Shown here: piece by piece, positions 38,505 to 64,000 of the stretch
Layout: each line of letters begins with the position of its first letter
How positions within the stretch are numbered: position 1 is the first letter of the stretch
Origin: Macrostomum lignano
Lineage: Eukaryota
NCBI GenBank assembly: GCA_002269645.1
Contig: NIVC01000459.1
Location: 62,001 to 126,000 of the forward strand
Reading direction: 5' to 3'
DNA: 64,000 nucleotides
Translations under genes and position numbers: made by a program
The notes under the pieces: model-generated
Databases searched by the model: none
Seen by the model: the letters and a program-made list of their open reading frames with translations, nothing else
What the model was told of the DNA's origin: nothing

Positions 38505-40036
38505 AATTTAATTGTCAATTGATCAAAGATACGAAGATACAACGATACCACGATTGTACGACGACGAGCTATATAAAACGCAAAACTTGCTAATTCTTAA
38601 TTTAAGTTACTTAACTTTATAAGGTTATAACAAATGAGATTATTTTTATCTTTATCTGCTGTAAACATTTTCTTTATTTTAGCAAAATTATCTATTTTAT
38701 ATATTTATACGCCCTAAAAAAAGTTTTTAAAACTACAAAAAATTTATAACGTATTAGTCAGGCCAGTAATGCATTCATGCAAATACGACTCTAGAAGTCT
38801 ATCTAATTAGCCCTTCCTTGGCTTTGATCGCGTTTCATTTAATACCTGATGGCTAGTTTACGAACCTTTTTGATTGTATATAGAGGGAAGTTTTTTTTAA
38901 CTCTTGCATATTGTCTGCCAATAAGTTTTGATCTAAGACTATGTTTGTAAGTGCATACACATACATATACGTAAGTGCTTCCGAAGTCTTTGAGCGGTTA
39001 ACAAAAAATTCGAGCATTGGAAAGCCAACATGAGTAGATGTAGATGCAAGGACTACTGTAAAACTATACTCCATTTGTTATGGCTCTTATCGAACCCTGG
39101 GCCTTTAATTATTTTGTCTAAAAAACCTGTATAAAATAGTGTGTTTGATGGCTTGCAATAATTATTTAAAAGAAGCCGAAAAGACTACTTCAGTACGATT
39201 TTGGGGAATGTAGATAATTTAATAAAGTTATAATAGACAGCGTATCTTTTTATTTAGTTGCTCTAACTATATTATTAAATTGCGCGAAATTTTACAAGCA
39301 AAACAAGAAGTGCAGAGAAACACTTATTTACTTTACTTATATAAACTTTTACGCAGAAGGATTACAATAACGCGGTATAAGTGAGAAAGTTTTACACATA
39401 CAACAATAAATTATTGTAATAAAGTAAAGTATATTAAAGTATTTAAAGTATTTGTGCTTTAAAATTACCTCTTAAAATCGTTAAATTACAAGTGAAACAA
39501 TAGCCCATGGCCATACACCAATGCGACCTCACGCAGAACAGTAAAATACAAAGTGCCGCTTAATAAACTAGGGTACGTATTGCACACACAATGTGTTAGA
39601 GATCTATAAGATTTCAGCGCCACAATAGCAATAATGTAGCAGAAAAAATAAGTAATATTATTCTATACAGATTGTTAATGACCTAGAGATTGAGAAAACT
39701 AACAATTTAAATTAATAATTTCAAGCATACAAGGACACCAATTAAGTAGCGAATGTAATAGCTTGTAAGAAACAATAAAATCAATTATAGACAATAATGT
39801 GCACTAGTTGAACTGTCCCAATGAATCAACTCCTTAACGAAATTTCACTGGCGAAAATGCGCTAGTCTACTTTACAGTAGTAAAATTAGCATTTTATGCC
39901 GACTAAAATGAACTCTACTAGTATAAAGAGTACACGTAGTACTAACACAGAAAATCATTTATCGATAGAACTCCTATATTCTAAAAATGATTCATTGCTT
40001 AGAATTCCCCCTGACAACGAAGCAACGCAGACACGA

Positions 40037-40476
40037 AATTCCAGAGCACCGGCGAACTTATTGTCGCGCACCTTTTTAAACAAGATTCAAGTTGCCAGCC
40101 TTCCGGCAAGTTGAGATACTCAGACTATTCTGACAGGTAGGGTTTATTTTCCAAAAGCGTACATGTATTGGTGTATTGGTCCCTGTGTCTCAGGTCTTGC
40201 CAAGCCTCCAAATGTCATCTGCACGTCGACCACATGTGACTGACTTCGTAAGTCACTGGGTTTCCCCTGGCAGAGCTTCTGGAGATTGAAAAGGTGACAC
40301 CAGGTGACTGTGGAAACCCTATTGCGAATTTCTCTGATTTCTCTGATCAAGCTGCTGGCCAGCCTCAGCTGGTCTCTCAAGCATTCCGTCATCACCCCGC
40401 CGGCACCTTCTGGCTGGCGATTTGATTTCTTGTTTGAGAAGGTGCGCAACAAAGAGTTAGCCCGTGTTCTGGAATT
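40037..40476. other. Imperfect inverted repeat, arms 40037-40107 and 40399-40476
   Basis: About 53 of 65 aligned positions are identical between arm 2 and the reverse complement of arm 1. Confidence 0.8.
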
Positions 40477-41304
40477 CCCGGCGCAGCAAAAAATATATTC
40501 CTATACTGCTAACGCATACAGACCCGGCTCGATATAAAAATAACAAACACAATTACTTTGCGGTCGCGAGGAGGGCCAACTTGCAGAGAGAACAATAATC
40601 AACACAGAGGACAGGGCAAAGAAGAGCAATAAGCGATATTTTTTTAAATATAGACGTACACCGCCAGCTAATAAGTGTGAAGCCAGGCTGCAATTCTCTA
40701 CTGATTAAGTACGAGCCGCTGATTGAGATTCGAAACAGGCAAAAATGTTCATACAATCAACATTGGCCGTACATAACTGCCGCATCCTTATACGTATATA
40801 ATCATAAAGGACAATTAGTGGAAAAAAGGCCTGCATAGAAAAATTAACTAGTCGGATATAAAATAGCAAAACGACAAAAACACCCGATTGCTGATAAGCG
40901 AGAGTTCTGATATATTAGTACTATTATGCCAATATTATGCCACAGTTAGTTCGCATGCAAACTGAACTTTGCTAGTCTGTGTGCAACACGCGGGTGCGAA
41001 TTCTGGGATGTGGGCAGGACTCAATTTATAGGGCGATCTAATATAAAATGACTCAGACTGGGGAGGTACCTCGTACTAGATGGCTCCGTTCCGTCTTGAC
41101 ACAAAGCTCCGAACAAGAAAAGAGAACACGCAGACAGAAGCAGAGCAACTCGTTGCTCCATGGCTTGCATATAAAAAGATATAATGTGCATATATCAAAT
41201 TAATAAGCATGAAACACAACAAAGTCAGTGAAGAAGAAGGAGAAGCAGCCACGCCGGACAGCCAGGCTGGGGGAGAGAGGTAGGCTGGGCGAGTCCAGTA
41301 GTGT

Positions 41305-63057
<21,753 letters not shown>

Positions 63058-63199
63058 CTGCAAATCGACACAGGTTAATAGATAGGCTTGATTGGCAAGC
63101 TTTTAACGAAAAAGTCAATAAAAGTTTTATTTATCAAGCGTTATTTCTCAAGGCAGGATTTCGTACCAAAAAGCACCTTTGTTTTTGAGAATTCGTGCA

Positions 63200-63590
63200 A
63201 AATGGCACTTTGATCTTGGGGAATTTGCTCAAAATGGCATCTTGATCTTGGGGAATTTGCTCAAAATGGCACCTTGATTTTGGGGAATTTGCTCAAAATG
63301 GCACCTTGATTTTGGGGAATCTGCACAAAATGGCACCTTGATCTTGGGGAATTTGCTCAAAATGGCATCTTGATTTTGGGGAATTTGCACAAAATGGCAC
63401 ATTGATCTTGGGGAATTTGCTCAAAATGGCACCTTGATTTTAAGGAATTTGCACAAAATGGCACCTTGGTTTTGGGGAATTTGCTCAAAATGGCACCTTG
63501 ATCTTGGGGAATTTGCTAAAAATGGCACCTTGATCTTGGGGAATTTGCTCAAAATGGCACCTTGATTTTTGAAAATTTATGCAAAACGGC
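63200..63590. repeat. 32-bp array (AAAATGGCACCTTGATCTTGGGGAATTTGCTC), ~12 copies
   Basis: Direct repetition. Confidence 0.95.
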
Positions 63591-64000
63591 ACCTTTATTC
63601 TTGGGAATTTCTGCAGAATGCTCAAAATGCTCAAAATGCTCAAAATCCCTGAATCCCATTGAGGTTACAATCCCTAAAAAAATCTGCTACAAGCCAGAGA
63701 GAGAGGTTCTATCTAGATCCCGCGCGCGCTGCGTGTTGACTTACTAGTTACATACCCGTCCTCCCCAACCCCCAACTCAATTTAAGCAACTCCCGCGTGG
63801 CGCCTGAGCCTGGCAAAATATTTTGATTGATATGGATACGCCTAACAAAAACAGCTGTCATTTATAACCGGATAAGAAAGTACATACCCGCTGTTCAGTC
63901 TCGATTTTATGTAACTTTTTTTTCTAAGAAGGAATGCTAAATTAGTACCCTGCTTTTTTCATTTTGGATATTATTTTAATACCTTTTTTATTAGTATCAA

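Noticed and set aside
38853-40756. Small ORFs between EIF3E and the syntaxin 3' end
   Set aside because: No homology recognised and no consistent exon chain. Two of them overlap the inverted-repeat arms, where substitutions are mostly non-synonymous.

Overview
This is eukaryotic (metazoan) genomic DNA: spliced genes with GC-rich, poly-Q/poly-A-rich exons and introns packed with private minisatellites. The style resembles a macrostomid flatworm such as Macrostomum lignano (inference, not proven). Every recognisable gene is on the minus strand. In transcription order they are: syntaxin-1 (5' part outside the window), EIF3E, RIC3, an F-box/kelch FBXO42-like gene, SETD1/Set1, an intronless TMEM243-like gene, a divergent DLK/LZK-type MAP3K, and possibly the start of another gene at 2510. 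The most striking feature is the syntaxin-1 locus. It has two 109-nt paralogous Hc exons that look mutually exclusive, an in-frame 21-nt microexon in the Habc-SNARE linker, and two alternative terminal transmembrane exons. Other notable points: an HGD (non-RD) catalytic loop in the DLK kinase, an apparent 1-nt frameshift in SETD1, a CpG-depleted LTR-like relic in EIF3E intron 1, intronic arrays of kappaB-like and YY1-like motifs, higher-order structure in a 4.4-kb 28-bp array, CORE-type SINEs and several foldback/MITE elements. No CRISPR, rRNA or intact tRNA genes were seen. All exon boundaries were inferred by eye from GT-AG sites, frame and remembered homologue sequences.
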